A DNA stretch of 64,000 nucleotides from an uncultured Acidobacteriota bacterium (GTDB lineage: Bacteria; Acidobacteriota; Vicinamibacteria; Vicinamibacterales; 2-12-FULL-66-21), in assembly GCA_963844245.1 (NCBI GenBank), contig CAWJNJ010000010.1:260209-324208 (forward strand). The letters run 5' to 3'. The translations under genes and the position numbers were made by a program. Of the stretch, positions 62,172 to 64,000 are shown piece after piece (the stretch's first letter is position 1; every line of letters begins with the position of its first letter). Below the pieces are notes generated by a model. It searched no databases, was not told the DNA's origin, and was given only the letters and a program-made list of their open reading frames with translations.

Positions 62172-63868
62172 ACCGGCACGGGCTGGTTCTCGTCCTTGCC
62201 ATTTTCGGCCTTCCGCTTTTCATCGGCCTCGGCGCGACCGACCTCGCCAACGACGAGGCCATCTACTCTTACGCCGTCGAATCCATCCTGACGACCGGCG
62301 ACTGGCTGTCGCCGCGCAGCAGCCCGAACGAAGAGATCACCTTCGTCGAAAAGCCGCCGCTCAAGTTCTGGATCGTGGCGGCGCCCATCCGGGCTGGTCT
62401 TCTTCCTTACAATGAGTTCGGTCTGCGGTTCTGGGATGCCGTCTTCGGCGCGCTGGCGTTTCTGTACGTGTTCCTGCTCGGACGGCGTTTCGCCGGACCG
62501 ATCTGTGGGCTGTTCGCCGTCCTGATCCTCTTCGCCGACGTCCGGCTCCTTTTCGACCACGGGCTGCGAAGCAACAACATGGATGCCGCGCTGGTGCTCG
62601 CCTATACCGGCGGCGTGTATCACTTCCTGCGCTGGAGTGATCCCGACGCGAGGCGGGGCAGGCACATTGCCGCGGTTGCCGGATGGTTCTTCCTCGGCTT
62701 CATGACGAAGTTCGTGGCCGCGCTCTTTCTACCGGTGGTTCTGTTTGCGGCAGCGGTGATCCTTCCCGCGTTACGGCGTCAGCTCGTGCAGGACTGGTGG
62801 CGATGGGGGCTGGCCAGCCTCGCCACGGTGGCGCTGGCATTGCCGTGGTTTCTGTATCAGTGGTCGGTCCTCGGCGAGGGCTTCCTGCGGGTGATGTTCG
62901 GGGAGCACGTCTACACGCGGTTCACCCAGTTTGCCGACCCTCTCCACGTCCAGCCCTGGCACTTCTATGTCACGGAGGCCTACAAGCAACTGACGCTGGC
63001 GGGCAGTGCGCTCTGGGTTGGCCTCGGGCTCGCCATGGTGATCGTGCACACTCTCCGTCGTCGCACACCTGAAGGCGTCGTGCTTTTGCTATGGGTGGCC
63101 GTGCCTGTGACGCTCATCTCCCTGGGCAGCTCGAAGCTGTATCACTATTTCTACCCGTATCTGCCGCCGCTGGCCCTTGCGGCGGGCGCAGCGCTGGCGT
63201 GGATCGTCGCGGCGGCGGGCAAATATTCTCTGCCGGAAAGCTGGACGCCGCGTCTCTCGCCGGGGATGCGAGCGGGCGCCTGGACGGTGGCGGCCCTCGC
63301 CATCGCGCTCGCGGTGTCCACGGCGATCCTTGGAACAGTGCGGATCGATGGGCTCTTTCGCAACAGTTCAGTGGTGCGTCCGGTAGTCGTGGCCTTGCTC
63401 GCCGTTACTGCGGCGGGCAGCTTCCGCCTCGGTGCTGGCCTGCTGTCGGTGGTGCTGATGGCGTTGTTGCTGCCCACGCCACTCGCGGCATACGGCGAGA
63501 ATCTCCGTCGGCTCAACGTTACGAAGCGACCACTGAGTGCCGTGGCCGAGTGTCTTCGCCAAGTGGACGCCGAACGCGCCGGCGCCTATGCACCGGTCTC
63601 CGAAGCCGCCTTTCTGCACCCATACTTCTACTACCTGCGCGGGGACGGCTGGCACGGCCCGGTCGACCAGCAAAAGCTCCGCGCCGCGCTGACGGTCGAC
63701 GGGCAGCAGCGCCCTGTCGTTCTCGACCACGCCCTCTACGCAACCCTGCTCGAGCGGAACGGCCCGGACGGTAGTCCGCCAGCCACGATCGAGCTGGCGA
63801 CGGTGCTCGTCCTTCTTCCAGGACCATTCAGGACCTGCGGCAGCGCGGCCGGTTCGAGCGTACGATAG
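62156..63868 (+). CDS. ArnT/PMT_2-like (GT39/GT83) membrane glycosyltransferase
   Basis: Multi-TM protein with DEAIYSYAVESILTTGDWLSP...EKPPLKFW near the N-terminus (the DE..Y and KPPL motifs of this family). I propose the GTG start at 62156, overlapping the upstream gene by 16 nt. Confidence 0.8.
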   Translation: MREGLNRHGLVLVLAIFGLPLFIGLGATDLANDEAIYSYAVESILTTGDWLSPRSSPNEEITFVEKPPLKFWIVAAPIRAGLLPYNEFGLRFWDAVFGALAFLYVFLLGRRFAGPICGLFAVLILFADVRLLFDHGLRSNNMDAALVLAYTGGVYHFLRWSDPDARRGRHIAAVAGWFFLGFMTKFVAALFLPVVLFAAAVILPALRRQLVQDWWRWGLASLATVALALPWFLYQWSVLGEGFLRVMFGEHVYTRFTQFADPLHVQPWHFYVTEAYKQLTLAGSALWVGLGLAMVIVHTLRRRTPEGVVLLLWVAVPVTLISLGSSKLYHYFYPYLPPLALAAGAALAWIVAAAGKYSLPESWTPRLSPGMRAGAWTVAALAIALAVSTAILGTVRIDGLFRNSSVVRPVVVALLAVTAAGSFRLGAGLLSVVLMALLLPTPLAAYGENLRRLNVTKRPLSAVAECLRQVDAERAGAYAPVSEAAFLHPYFYYLRGDGWHGPVDQQKLRAALTVDGQQRPVVLDHALYATLLERNGPDGSPPATIELATVLVLLPGPFRTCGSAAGSSVR

Positions 63869-63874
63869 CGGCGC

Positions 63875-64000
63875 GTGAACGCCAGACCAGAGCTCGCGAT
63901 CGTGATCCCCGCCTACAACGAAGCGGCCGGCATTGAGGCCAGCGTCAACGAGCTGCGCCAGTATCTCAGCAGCCGTCCATGGACGTGGGAGATCAGGGTG
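63875..64000 (+). CDS. GT2-family glycosyltransferase (polyprenyl-phosphate sugar synthase-like), 5' part only
   Basis: VNARPELAIVIPAYNEAAGIEASVNELRQYL is the classic GT2 N-terminus. The gene runs off the right edge. Confidence 0.7.
   Translation, partial: MNARPELAIVIPAYNEAAGIEASVNELRQYLSSRPWTWEIRV

Noticed and set aside
1-64000. Transposases, IS elements, toxin-antitoxin pairs, restriction-modification or other known defence systems
   Set aside because: None of the translated ORFs showed the corresponding motifs (DDE or HUH transposase, integrase R..H..R..Y, methylase motifs, Cas domains). Absence is judged by eye only.

Overview
High-G+C bacterial chromosome segment. The gene content points to Acidobacteriota: three MacB-like 'ADOP' orphan permeases with a PadR regulator, and a CarboxypepD_reg-type TonB receptor. 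This taxonomic call is inferred from families I recognise in the translations, not from a search.

Left to right:
- 1-5.8 kb: a Ser/Thr kinase truncated by the window edge, a two-module secreted repeat protein, DedA, and a lipoprotein alpha/beta-hydrolase.
- 5.9-27.1 kb: a pectin/rhamnogalacturonan and hexuronate utilisation locus. It holds GH43, a CE12-CE8 fusion, an esterase, kdgK-eda-KduI/IolB, GH28, PL10, an M24-like protein, GH105, DUF4861, a TonB-dependent receptor, a GntR/FadR regulator, a KduD-like SDR, UxaA and ExuT. A TGGT-N3-ACCA-type box recurs in its promoters.
- 27.1-32.1 kb: an RCK K+ channel, tRNA-Leu(CAA), and two orphan exported proteins in A/T-richer DNA.
- 31.6-40.9 kb: three ADOP permeases plus PadR, bracketed by two paralogous NTF2-like lipoprotein genes.
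- 41-50 kb: housekeeping-type genes (Ddl-like ATP-grasp, methyltransferase, CarD, PlsC, DUF4126, Rex, MoaC, 2-hydroxyacid dehydrogenase, FadD).
- 50.3-54.2 kb: a translationally coupled lytS-lytTR-lepB-CDF operon.
- 54.4-58.2 kb: divergent from that operon, a 5x BACON-like lipoprotein and an outer-membrane barrel gene, followed by a convergent proline-rich membrane protein with an NTF2-like domain.
- 58.4-64 kb: a stand-alone nuoI, a metallophosphoesterase, a MetH(N)/MetF fusion, and a methyltransferase plus ArnT-like plus GT2 cluster.

No transposase, integrase, CRISPR array or recognisable defence system was seen.

Two window-wide observations:
1. About 14 otherwise well-conserved genes are broken by single-base frameshifts, several of them in short homopolymers. 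The most likely cause is assembly indel error.
2. Intergenic arrays and long hairpins built from tandem heptanucleotides recur. One heptamer family marks every junction of the ADOP cluster, and different heptamers build the hairpins between two convergent gene pairs.

Best candidates for something undescribed are the heptamer-built structures, the bracketed ADOP/PadR block, the tRNA-adjacent orphan exported proteins, and the LytS/LytTR-LepB-CDF operon with its BACON/barrel neighbours. All functional calls come from reading translations by eye. No database search was run.
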